Shown piece after piece: positions 1-11,272 of a stretch of 64,000 bases of DNA. How positions within the stretch are numbered: position 1 is the first letter of the stretch; the number at the start of each line of letters is the position of its first letter. Origin of the DNA: Octopus bimaculoides (taxonomy: Eukaryota). The notes under the pieces were generated by a model. It did no database searches and was not told the DNA's origin. It saw only the letters and a list, made by a program, of their open reading frames with translations. The stretch lies in contig NC_068991.1 of assembly GCF_001194135.2 (NCBI RefSeq), positions 25,559,952 to 25,623,951 on the forward strand, given 5' to 3'. Made by a program: the position numbers and the translations under genes.

Positions 1-10
1 TGTATCATAC

Positions 11-338
11 TGTACAAGGATGAACTGATTAACAACATATCTGAAATCATTTTGAGGTGCAAACACAGGTTTAGAAAATCCTTTAAAAATAACGGGAAAG
101 CATTTAATACAGCACATTTAATTATTTTAATAATATAAGCGAACATTTTAATTGTGCGACCATCGGTAAACATGTGTACATATATCTACTGCAGTATTGC
201 TGGAGGGAGATGATTATGTTAATGTATGCATATAACTATATGTGTTTACCTATACCCTATTATCTTTTACCAATATGGTAATTTTTAGATTTTCATATCA
301 GCATAATTATTATATATTATTCAAAATTTTATTAATAT

Positions 339-377
<39 letters not shown>

Positions 378-3300
378 NNNNNNNNNNNNNNNNNNNNNNN
401 NNNNNNNNNNNNNNNNNNNNNNNNNNNNNNNNNNNNNNNNNNNNNNNNNNNNNNNNNNNNNNNNNNNNNNNNNNNNNNNNNNNNNNNNNNNNNNNNNNNN
501 NNNNNNNNNNNNNNNNNNNNNNNNNNNNNNNNNNNNNNNNNNNNNNNNNNNNNNNNNNNNNNNNNNNNNNNNNNNNNNNNNNNNNNNNNNNNNNNNNNNN
601 NNNNNNNNNNNNNNNNNNNNNNNNNNNNNNNNNNNNNNNNNNNNNNNNNNNNNNNNNNNNNNNNNNNNNNNNNNNNNNNNNNNNNNNNNNNNNNNNNNNN
701 NNNNNNNNNNNNNNNNNNNNNNNNNNNNNNNNNNNNNNNNNNNNNNNNNNNNNNNNNNNNNNNNNNNNNNNNNNNNNNNNNNNNNNNNNNNNNNNNNNNN
801 NNNNNNNNNNNNNNNNNNNNNNNNNNNNNNNNNNNNNNNNNNNNNNNNNNNNNNNNNNNNNNNNNNNNNNNNNNNNNNNNNNNNNNNNNNNNNNNNNNNN
901 NNNNNNNNNNNNNNNATATATACATATATATATATATATATTACGGAGATGTACTTGCATGGCAAGTGACCTGATCAGAGATCGTGAGCTGGAACGAAAA
1001 CAATTGAAGCGTTGAAGGTGTTTATAAGCCAAACACCAATTGTGCTGCACAATTTTGTCAGTGAACAGGTCACGGTCTCAAAGCGACGGAAATATTTTGA
1101 CAAATTAAATTTAAATGTTGAAGTGAATCTGACGGCTTTTGTGTGTTATTTTAAATGGCTTATAAACACGTTCCACGCTGCAATTGTATATATATATACA
1201 TATATATATATGAAAGAATAGAAAGTGATTTCTAATTTCTTTCTCTATTCTCCAGAATTTTAATTTACTAACTTTATACAAAGGCTTATTTCTTCAATAC
1301 ATACACATAGTGCTATTGTACGAACAAGGACAGTAGTAAGATAGAGCTCAATTGTAAATCAGTTCGAGATGGAAGTTAGCTCTGGGTAAAGAATGCGGTA
1401 TGACACTGAATGGTGTGCTCAAACGAACTACTGACCTTGGGGGAGACACTGAATATCAAGAGCTGGGAACTATTAAGAAAGACTATATATGTTTTATCCG
1501 TTTATTTATATATCTTGCTATTTCCCTGTTTATATTGTATTTTCTTTCCAAGCCCTTCTTGAAGGTTGAACTGAATTTGTGATTTATATATATAATTTTT
1601 TTTTCTATTAAGTGTGATATACTAATGAAAGGATTTAAATAAGATCAACGTGAAAGATATATTCAACATGAAGAATATATTCTGCAGAATATGGCTTGAT
1701 GTAGGAAACTCTCTGTGCTCATACCTGAAGAATTGACACTTACCAGTAATATGATGTATTATTTCATACGTTGTATGATAATATTTCGGCAACGATCTGC
1801 TGGTAAAATGCAGTTGAAACGAAGGTAACATTATGCAATAATGTGTGTTGAAACACACATTATTGCATAATGTTACCAGNNNNNNNNNNNNNNNNNNNNN
1901 NNNNNNNNNNNNNNNNNNNNNNNNNNNNNNNNNNNNNNNNNNNNNNNNNNNNNNNNNNNNNNNNNNNNNNNNNNNNNNNNNNNNNNNNNNNNNNNNNNNN
2001 NNNNNNNNNNNNNNNNNNNNNNNNNNNNNNNNNNNNNNNNNNNNNNNNNNNNNNNNNNNNNNNNNNNNNNNNNNNNNNNNNNNNNNNNNNNNNNNNNNNN
2101 NNNNNNNNNNNNNNNNNNNNNNNNNNNNNNNNNNNNNNNNNNNNNNNNNNNNNNNNNNNNNNNNNNNNNNNNTATATATATATATCGCCTACGTACGTAT
2201 GAAGTCTCCGATAACGAATTACTTTGCATTCTTGCCAACAGAGATGTAGCGAACCAATAACTGGTTTACTGGAAATATATATATATATCTAACGACGCCG
2301 TTGTCCACAAAGTGAGGTATAAAATAAACAAATGTAGATAAATAAGTGATATTTGCCTTTAGTTCAAAATTTTCAGCGTGATTATTATCGTCAAGAAAAA
2401 TTTCCATTTTAGAAATATTTCCTCTATTGATTTTTACATAAAAATAACATTTACGAAATTTTCTCTTTTACACATGTACTCTATATGTAAAAGTACTCTG
2501 TTCAGTATATGAAAATCGGACAATGGTCTATGAAAAATTGTGTTTTTCAGATAATGCTGTTAATAATTGTTTAGATTGTTACAAAGCAACCTCTTGATAA
2601 TAAAACAAAATACCACTTAATATGCTTGTTTCCAGTGTGAATTTATTTACACGATACGTCAGACGGGAACACGCTTAACATACACTTCATTGTTTTCTCA
2701 AGGGACATTTACAGTTTATGATGAAAGATTTAGCACGAAACAATTTCAGTGTTTATTCAAATGAATGGAAATTTACTTCATATTGCAGTACAATTCAAAA
2801 TGTTTTCATTAGTTCTTATTAAATTATTTTTCATTCACTCAAAGATATCATTGCATTATCGCTACATACTTACTACATTATTGAGTAATTCAGTCTCAGC
2901 AGCAATAAACAACTGTATTTGAATATTAAATTTAACAGATAATTAAATTCTGCTTTCCAATATGATCTCTCTTCCACACTGAACCCACCCATTTTCTTTC
3001 TTTCTTTCTTTCAATTGTATTTCCATATTATTCCTCTTAGAAATTCTTTCAAATATCTATTTTTATTTTCTCCTTCTTTTTCTATTTCTTTTGCTCTCAC
3101 TTTGATTTGCCATGCTCCCAAGTTTTCAAACGAATATTAATATATTTCACAAGACACAAGGCAGTAATCTGAGATAATTCATGTCTAAGCGAAGTGAATT
3201 GGATTTAATAACAACTTGAAATTCCTTCATATTTTTGTCGTTATAAGTTATCAAATAAATGTTGGTAGGTCGTATGTAGAAAGATTTCAATTTTCAAGAA

Positions 3301-4714
3301 ATCGAAGTCGTGTCCTGATTACGAGGCAAGTCCTTTCACTTAAATCTATAAAGTTCTAAGAATAAGCCTGAGCGTTACAACAACACAGTTTCCATATATT
3401 GTGTTTATTCTTTAGATAACCTGAAACTGTTATTCAAAAATAGGCTTTCTGTAAAGTTGTCTTCAGGATTCTATCTTTAGGAATAACATATAGAAGAAAC
3501 TAAAAATCAGGTGAATAACATCCAAGTGAATCACAGCATTAAGTTTAGCGAAAGTGCTTCCGCGTTCCAGCACACATTTGCAGGTAATGAAGCTCAGCTA
3601 TTGGGTTGGGGCATAATTATTGCGGCTTATTTTCAACAAATTTTATTCAACAAAAACAATAACATGTAACAAAATGATCTTTAAATGATTATTCTGGAGC
3701 ATATTCACCATCTACCTCAATTACTGCGTCCCTTTTGCTTGACGGTCAGACCGTCATTTCAAGATGTTTTTGTTAAATATTGTTATTGTTTTTGTTGAAT
3801 AAAATTTGTTGAAAAAAAAAAAAAAAAGGAAAAGCCGCAATAATTATGCACCAACCCAATAATATTGATCGCTCATTTCGTCCGTCTTTATGTTGTGAGT
3901 TCAAATTCTGCCGGGTTGACTTTTTATCCCTTCGAGATTGATAAAATAAGTATCAATTGATCACTGGGGTCAATGTAATCGACTTACGCCTCCTCCAAAA
4001 TTGCTGACCTCTTACTAAAATTTGAAACCAATATTATTCACCGAACAAGAGACGAATACAATCTATTTAGAAGAAGCAATAAATTGCATGGCATTCATTC
4101 ATTTCTCAAGAAACTGAGAAAAAGGCTCAACGAAAGGAAATTAGCTTTAATAACAAATCGAAAATAAATCATTAAACTAATGCGCCATAGGCTTACCGAC
4201 TGCACCGCATTTCTTGACACAACAGTTGACAGTTCATTGGTAACCATTTATATCAGCTTCCTAGGTCGCAGTATTGTCGAATGGTTGAGACATTCACTTC
4301 GCAACCATGAGAATCTGGGTTCGATTCTACTGCAGGATACCTTGGTCTAACATAAGGTCAGATTCTACATTTTGAGTGGTATTGGGGAGACGAAAACTTT
4401 AGGAGTCCGTCGCTTGGATTTTGCATGTAAATCAGAACGTACGGCCTTGTAGCAGTGTGTCAGACACACTGATTCGTCCTCAGAATTACATTAAAATTAC
4501 ACTATCTGTTAATTCAGGAGTAAGCAATTCGGTTGACTGAACAACCGAATCCTCATCGCCAAACGACAGAGATCCACCATGGCATCGTCATCATCTTCTT
4601 GAACTCCAATAAATTATACAATAAATACCATGCGAAGTTACAGTTACATCACTGTCATGCAGTCTTATTATTTAATTATTAACACTTTCAAACCGTAAAT
4701 CAATGACCACTGCG
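11..4714 (-). CDS. Candidate 3' part of a spliced host gene: exons 4694-4714, 2197-2268, 1744-1799, 945-1076, 11-80; possible C-linker/cyclic-nucleotide-binding-domain-like protein
   Basis: Each segment has an AG acceptor and a GT donor on the minus strand (e.g. atttccttttttctag|...|gtttga; cattttaccag|...ctg|gtaagt; ttatttttaaag|...|gtatga). Phases chain 2-2-2-1-1 without a stop, giving AVVIDLRKPVIGSLHLCWQECKVIRYRRLHTRSLPKYYHTTYEIIHHITDRDLFTDKIVQHNWCLAYKHLQRFNCFRSSSRSLIRSLAMQVHLRFSKPVFAPQND. Frames were chosen by eye, some splice sites are weak, and two N-gaps lie inside. Confidence 0.3.
1824..1877. repeat. Perfect 26-bp inverted repeat with a 2-nt spacer
   Basis: GGTAACATTATGCAATAATGTGTGTT (1824-1849) - GA - AACACACATTATTGCATAATGTTACC (1852-1877), directly beside an N-gap. 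Confidence 0.95.
3870..4038 (+). mobile_element. SINE family A copy (5'-truncated)
   Basis: Contains the gagttcaaattc B-box-like motif, gataaaataagta..., ggggtcaatgtaatcgactt and the aaaatttgaaaccaatattatt tail, all shared with many copies in the window. Confidence 0.8.
4262..4560 (+). mobile_element. Old tRNA-derived SINE relic
   Basis: Head gtcgaatggtt...gggttcgattc resembles Pol III A/B boxes; the body is degraded. Confidence 0.5.
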
Positions 4715-4872
4715 CTAGAAAAAAGGAAATTTAATATCAACACGTGTATGTTATTATACATGCTTTATTGCTTCAAAACGGAAACAGGAAAGGATTCAAA
4801 TTTGATAAGATTTCCAGTCCGACGTCATTTCAATCATCAGTAATTATTTATTCTTGACTAATTACTATACAG

Positions 4873-4941
4873 CAAAGAAGATGTTCATTTGCGATAGGGT
4901 AGCAGAGTTAGATCGAGACGGGACTGTGGACGTGCCTATTG
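4873..4941 (+). CDS. Isolated plus-strand exon candidate (KKMFICDRVAELDRDGTVDVPI)
   Basis: Branch-like gactaat, acceptor tatacag|, donor g|gtaata; 69 nt with one open frame (phase 1-1). No homology recognised. Confidence 0.15.
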
Positions 4942-6649
4942 GTAATATACAGGATCACAGTCATGTCATTTTGCTTTAAAGGGACTCCAGCTTGTAGTAC
5001 CGAGTTTTGCGGAAGAGCCTCTCTGAGGAAAATTTTATTCATAGAAATCGCTGTGATATCTTCCTCAGACTACACTCTCCTTTAGTTGGTTTGTTTGTAG
5101 ATGGTATGTCTTTGATAATAGCTCTGCAGGATCAGAGCTGATCAGGCACTTGTATTGCAGCTTTCGTAGAAACAACATGAAAGACATGACAACGGCGTTG
5201 ACAACAACAATACAAGCAACTAAGTTTAAATGTATAGAAAAATAGTTCTCGAAAAGGATAAATTACCATTGGCTGACTTCATCTAGATATCCTATATTCA
5301 TAATTATTTAAGATGATCTCTGCAACCCAATACTTAATAAGATTATATGAGCGAGACGTTTTCTTTCTGTCCGTCAACGATTATTAAAACAAATGAAACT
5401 AAATTGAAAAATCGTATTGTATTTCCGTAATTCGATCAGTCATTTATCATTGCCGTGCTGTTGCAGAGCGACAGTCAAACATCAGATGAACTCGGACTGA
5501 TAAGCAAACAAAGTGGCTTGTAAAATTTACACTGTTCTCGATGTAAATAACAATTAACTGTGTAAGCGTGGGCTCTTTATTTACAACCACATAGCATTTA
5601 TTTCATTATAGTCCAACAAGATATTGAAGAGATTAAGTTGGCCTGTGTGTAGTGAGTTTAACATAAAATGTACTATTGTACAAGTACGAATCGTAGCCAA
5701 CGACCAGTTCCAAAGACAATGCCGATTGACAAAAAATACTTTGCAGAGATGGAATACTAATGTTCTTTCCTGATGCATCTTCCTTCCTTTGGCAAAGACT
5801 CGGAATAATCATTGTAAGTTAGAAGAAATCTGGCAGCTAATATATATTTACTATGTTATTGAGTTAACAGTACTGCAAGTACTCACTATCTATTTCGCTT
5901 TTTAAGTACTGGTTGATCTGTGGCAATGTTGGAAGCCTTGCCAAAAGTGCCACACAAAGTAGTTAAACCCGAAATAGCATAGCTGTACAGCGAACAACTT
6001 GAAACATATCGTCACATATGGGTCGATGTAGGACATCCCTAACCAAAGTTGTACTTGCATCTGTGCATATATATAGAGGCTTGGTAGAAATTTGAAGGAA
6101 AAGACCGCCGACTCACGCTGCTTAGTCCCAGTGCCACGGCAGGTATTGCTGTCAAAATGCAAAAACTCGGAACTTATACTGGAATCCATCCTGTCTGTTC
6201 CTCTAATATTATCGTCAATCGAAAATCTGGTATTTGTTTTAATTGCCCTATCAAGCAAAATTAAACTGGACTGCATTTGAACACAGAGCACAGAAAATCG
6301 GAGTAATTACTGCAAGGTATTCTATTCAAAGCCATATTTATTCATTGTAGAGGGTTGTTACTCTTCAGCGTGGTGTACCCTATCAAAACTTCAGCGCCGA
6401 TTGAAGACAGCTACGTATCCAAAATAAGAACACCCCACTCAAACCAGTGGTAAGTGATTCCTCGTTTAGTTTAGTTTCGTCCATTTCTCGTGCCGAATAT
6501 AAAACAACGCATATGTCGAATATGAAAGTAATTGCGAGTCAAAAGTCTGAATTATAGTGGATGGGCAACCTATTTTAAATAAAGAATGGAATATACAGAT
6601 CGTAATTGTGCCACGTTATATATATATATATATATATATATACTATCAT

Positions 6650-7700
6650 GTACCTTTAATTAAATAGAATCTGGTGGCTTAGATATATTCTCACAATTTT
6701 AATTGACTGTATCATTTCGCTTAATTCAATACCTTCTGTGTGTTAAGCGAATGTAGTTTTCGGTTAATTGCATACATCCCGTAGGTTAATTTACTATATT
6801 CTGATATTTACTTATATACCTCTTGGCTCTTTAATTAAATATACTCTGGCGGTATAAATAAATATATTCAGCTTTTCTAATTGCTGTATGATGATCTACT
6901 GAGATATATTCTGGTTATTTGTGGTGATGTAGTCGGATTGTTTAATTAAATAAATTCATGCGTATTAATTATATATAGTCACACGTTTTAATTATATACT
7001 GTCTGATGGTTTAATTAAACATATTCAAACGTTCCATTTGAATATTCTGACGGATAGGTAGTTGTAATTAAATATCGACTGAAGATTTTATTACACATAT
7101 TCCGATGGTTTAATTAAATAGTCTAAAGATTTGTTAAATATAGCCTTAACTGGTTATATTCAGAGAATTCAATTAAGTAGTCTAACTCTCTAATTAAACC
7201 ATTGACTGTCGGTTTAATCAAATTGCAGTCTGGCGGTTTAATTAAATTATAGATTGGCGATCTAATTAAATTATAGGCTGTCGGTCTAATTAAATTGTAT
7301 TCTGGCGCTTTAATTAAATATACTCTAACGGTTTAAATAAATTCTAATGTTTAGCTAAACATTTTAACGGATGAATTATATCGTGACGGTTAAATGAAAT
7401 TATAGGCTAGCCATTTAATTAACCTGTATGAAGATGGTCTAATTAAATAGACACTGACAGTTTAATTATACATTTAAGTCTAACTCTTTAATTAACATAA
7501 TCTGACAGTTTATTTAATATAGTCTAACAGCTTAATTAAATGACTGTTGACGGCTTTCATTAAATACAACCAAACAGTTGATGTTAGATGTAAATAATTA
7601 CAGCCTAAACAGTTGGTTTAAATATAGACAGAGGGTAAAATTGAATATATCAATAGAAAGACTCAAAGAACTATCTATATTCTTGACGATGTGTATCTGT
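6650..7700. repeat. Degenerate AT-rich minisatellite, unit about 23-25 bp (TTTAATTAAATTATAGTCTGACGG-like)
   Basis: Repeated ttaattaaa...tctg(a/g)cgg units, clearest at 7180-7560; boundaries approximate. Confidence 0.8.
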
Positions 7701-8761
7701 GAGTCGAATTTAACAGTGCCTAGCGGACATTCTATCCGTTGCTATTTATTAGTGACATGTACTTACTGTGTGTCGAACTTACATTGCCTGATCGGCGTGA
7801 TACTCGTGGCTACACTGTCTTATAATGGGCTTCTTTGTGTTTAACTTGTACCATCCAGCTGTCATTCAATCTGTGATCTCATGTTTTGGTTTCTTTTGTC
7901 CTTTTGGTTTATTATATCCGGGACTAGTAGAGTGAAATCTGAAAGAGATATATCCCTTTATATGGTGGGTAGAATACAACTAGTCTAGGTATTCCTACTT
8001 AAACATGGATGTTCTGCTGGAAGAAATTTTACTGTAGTAGATACCATGGGTAAAACTCTCGTATTGGCTTTTGGTGCAAAATGCACTCTTGTTTATATGC
8101 TAGCGGGGAAATAAATCCCCGTTATCTTCGGCGCCGAGACCACCACTTCACGTGATTTCGACCGTCCTTCGTATTGTCAATGATGGATGCTCGACCGCTA
8201 GAGATAGTAGCAACTCATCTCCCCATCATCGATATATAGGAGTACAGTGCCAGAACAAGCGTTGGTGTCGCAATTAGTCAGTGAGTTTCTTAATAAATAT
8301 ATATTTTGACATGCGACAATATTTTATAAACAAACCTTGGAAGCGTCGAATGTGTTTGATATTTTACAGACAAATAAGATTTGCCAGAGCAGACGCCTAA
8401 GTAGTCGCCTGGTGGCAACATTTTTTCCGTTTTATAAGGGGAAAATACCCAATCTTTCTGCTGTATTCACAGCTTTACTGCATTCGAAATTTACTTTTTG
8501 TTAGCATGTATAAACTATTACACTGTATGCCTGCATCCTGGACTGTACAGCAAATAGCCACGCTACACTTTGGAGTGTGAAGTGCATTTCTCAGCTAATA
8601 GAAGATATGACATATCTAGAACCAGATATTTAGATCGTTCTGGATACTGCGTGCGAGCCATAAATTTGTTCGATCAGAGGTGACTGGGGATTATACAACA
8701 TAAAAAGCAGCATTAAGAATATTTGTAAATTCTATTACTATCGTCAGTTATGCATTAAATA

Positions 8762-9132
8762 TTTCAGTCTTTGGACTGTGATCACGCAGGCGCACCGCTG
8801 TGAAGGGTTTTAGCCGAGAAAAACTCGACTCTAGTACTTATTCTAAAACCTGGTACTTATTCTATCGGGCTCTTTTTGAAGATCCACTAAATTATGGTGA
8901 CGTAAACAAACTAACAACAGTTGCTAAACGGTGGTGGTGACAACTACACACACGCACACGCACACACATGTGACAAACTTCTTTCAGTTTCCGTCTACCA
9001 AATCCACGTACAAGGCCTTGTTAAGACCCGTGGCTATCATGGAAAACATTAGGTCAAGGTGCAACGCAGTCTGTCTGAACCCAAAGCCACATGGTTGGGA
9101 AGCAAACTGCTTATCACAAAGTCACACTTATG
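8762..9132 (-). mobile_element. SINE family B copy with internal (CA)n
   Basis: Reverse complement matches the family-B head (gtggtaag...cttcccaaccatgtgg...tggatttggtagacggaaactgaaagaag), the internal microsatellite and the gataGaataagtacc/gcggtgc tail. Confidence 0.8.
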
Positions 9133-10126
9133 CAACCTTAGCAGGATTGTTTGATTTCGGTAAAGAGAGTTAGGTAAGTTCTTGATATTTGACACGTTTC
9201 TACTTAGCAGTCTTTTTTTCTAGTCTTATTTCAGCTGATCATCGTGAAACCTATAGCTATAGAACAAACATTCTCATTGCTTTTTAGTGAATTAAAAACT
9301 ACCAATATCTATTCAGCTATTTTAACGATCTTTTTAGACAATTTCGATTGTTAAGTAATATATCAGTAAAATACTTCTGACAATTTCCTTTAGATATTTG
9401 CTGCCTTGAAATATATATAACACAAGAGATTTCCGAAGAGTTTTGCAACTGTAAAAGAATTAATTCGGTTCACAAAAATAGCCTGTATAACGAATAGAAT
9501 ACACGGCTCGCTTTGAAACATTCTGTTTCAATTATACTAAATACTTGACAAAGTTCAACAACATATCATATGCGCTGTCAAAAGTTTCGACCTTAAATTT
9601 ACATTGGGGAATTAAGAACAATAAAATATTTCATTCAATGACGAAGGTCGTCAGAGTTACTCTTCCACAAACTTGAGTAAATGCTTTTCATGCAGTAGTC
9701 AGGTGGCGTATAATGTATGTAAATTAATACTTATGGAAGGGAGATTTCAAGACATGATAGCTGCGAGCAGAAATTTGGTCCATTTTGCAAATTTATTTTG
9801 ATATAAGTTTAGCATATATTTATGGCAATCTCTGAAAGTGACAAAATTGCATCAACGGTAACAACGATTCGCTGTATCTGTTGGTTATTTTGGAGGTTAA
9901 AACAGAAAATAATGCAATGCATAATGGTGAAAAAGACGTTAATGAGTGAAGATATATATATATATATATATATATACCTACGGAAAGAGAGAGAGATAGG
10001 GGGTAAAAGAGAGTGCGTCTGTCTGCATTTGATGGTGCATGCGTTGTACGACATGATTCAGAAATAATGATGACAGAATATGATTAACAGTGTAATCAAT
10101 TAATGAAATAAGCGTTAAGTATTCAC

Positions 10127-10234
10127 CAAGGTGGAATGGAATATATGGCTGGAGAAGATGAATGGCAGACGGAATGAGATAGGAAAAAATGCCTAAAACG
10201 TTGACGGTTACTTCCAAGTACATTAAATACAAAC
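10127..10234 (-). CDS. Exon candidate encoding a hydrophobic segment (LYLMYLEVTVNVLGIFSYLIPSAIHLLQPYIPFHL)
   Basis: Acceptor ccactcttcag|, donor cttg|gtgaat; 108 nt, phase 1-1, not obviously repeat-derived. Confidence 0.3.
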
Positions 10235-11083
10235 CTGAAGAGTGGGTCTCAATGGAATAATTATAATATTGGTAACAATACGGGGTAGTGAATTTATTGA
10301 ATGCTGCATTAATATCAATGAAGTCAGTCTCTACAGAGATTAATCAAAATTCTGTGTATTCAATTAATAATTTTCTTACTGCTTTTCAATGCAGTAAAAT
10401 ATTATTAACTGCTTTGTAGATGCCCTCACATCTCTACAGCTGAAATAACTGATACAAAGACCGGAATTATCTGTCAGACATTGCAAACAATAACAAAAAG
10501 AGCATTATTATATGTAAGTTAATGAAATTGTCAAGCTGTGTTTATTAAACGTGGGCGATATAATGTAATTTCACTTATGTCAGTATTACAGTTGATTGTG
10601 TATGAAGCCCTTTTCGTTTCGTCTAAGCTTCATATTCACGACCAGAGATATGAATAAATGTTTAATTAAATCGGTGACCATTATTATTGGTAAATTAGTT
10701 CTGGAAGCTATTTAGAAGCCTTCAAATTCCCTAACGTATCTTGAAATAAAATTATATGGAGAAACTTTTCTAACGTTGTTCTCTTGAACATCTCTAAGTA
10801 TTTTTACAGAGCCCATTATAATATTTACATGTAATTTTGTACAGGATGATGGATGAATGAACTTAAGGTTTTCCTAAATTAGTGTAAAGATAATGACGGT
10901 GGTCTGTCAGAAAGGTCAGAGTATAATGTTAATGAGTTAAGAAAGCATATGGAAATGAAGGATCAATAATATATATTACTGTGTTAAAAATATAAAGAAG
11001 CAAACGGAAACGATTTCGGAGACCATAGTTTAATGATACATTCCACTAAATTCATATGAATGAAATATTTTAAAGTATCATTT

Positions 11084-11084
<1 letters not shown>

Positions 11085-11114
<30 letters not shown>

Positions 11115-11180
11115 CGATGAAGATGATAATGATGATGTTGATGAAAATAATAATAATAATTATATTAATAATAATAATAA
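11085..11180. repeat. Compound (ATG)n/(AAT)n microsatellite
   Basis: Directly visible; forms the tail of the adjacent minus-strand SINE fragment. Confidence 0.95.
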
Positions 11181-11272
11181 TCCTTTCTAATATAGGCGCA
11201 AGGCCTGGATTTTGTGAGGATGGGGGACAGTCGATCACATCGACCCCAGGATTCAACTAGTACTTAATTTAT
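11181..11272 (-). mobile_element. SINE family A 3' fragment
   Basis: Reverse complement reads gataaattaagtactagttgaatcctggggtcgatgtgatcgact...ggccttgcgcctatattagaaaggattattatt. Confidence 0.8.

Noticed and set aside
242-1015. Long ORFs containing X-runs (here and at every N-gap, e.g. 29-29.7, 40-42.3, 48.7-51.6 kb)
   Set aside because: They stay open only because N-gaps and (AT)n contain no stop codons.
5581-6291. Minus-strand ORFs and splice-like sites (IPAVALGLSS micro-exon; pore-like SLYSYAISGLTTLCGTFG)
   Set aside because: I could not build a consistent stop-free exon chain; the pore-like frame has upstream stops and no suitable acceptor.
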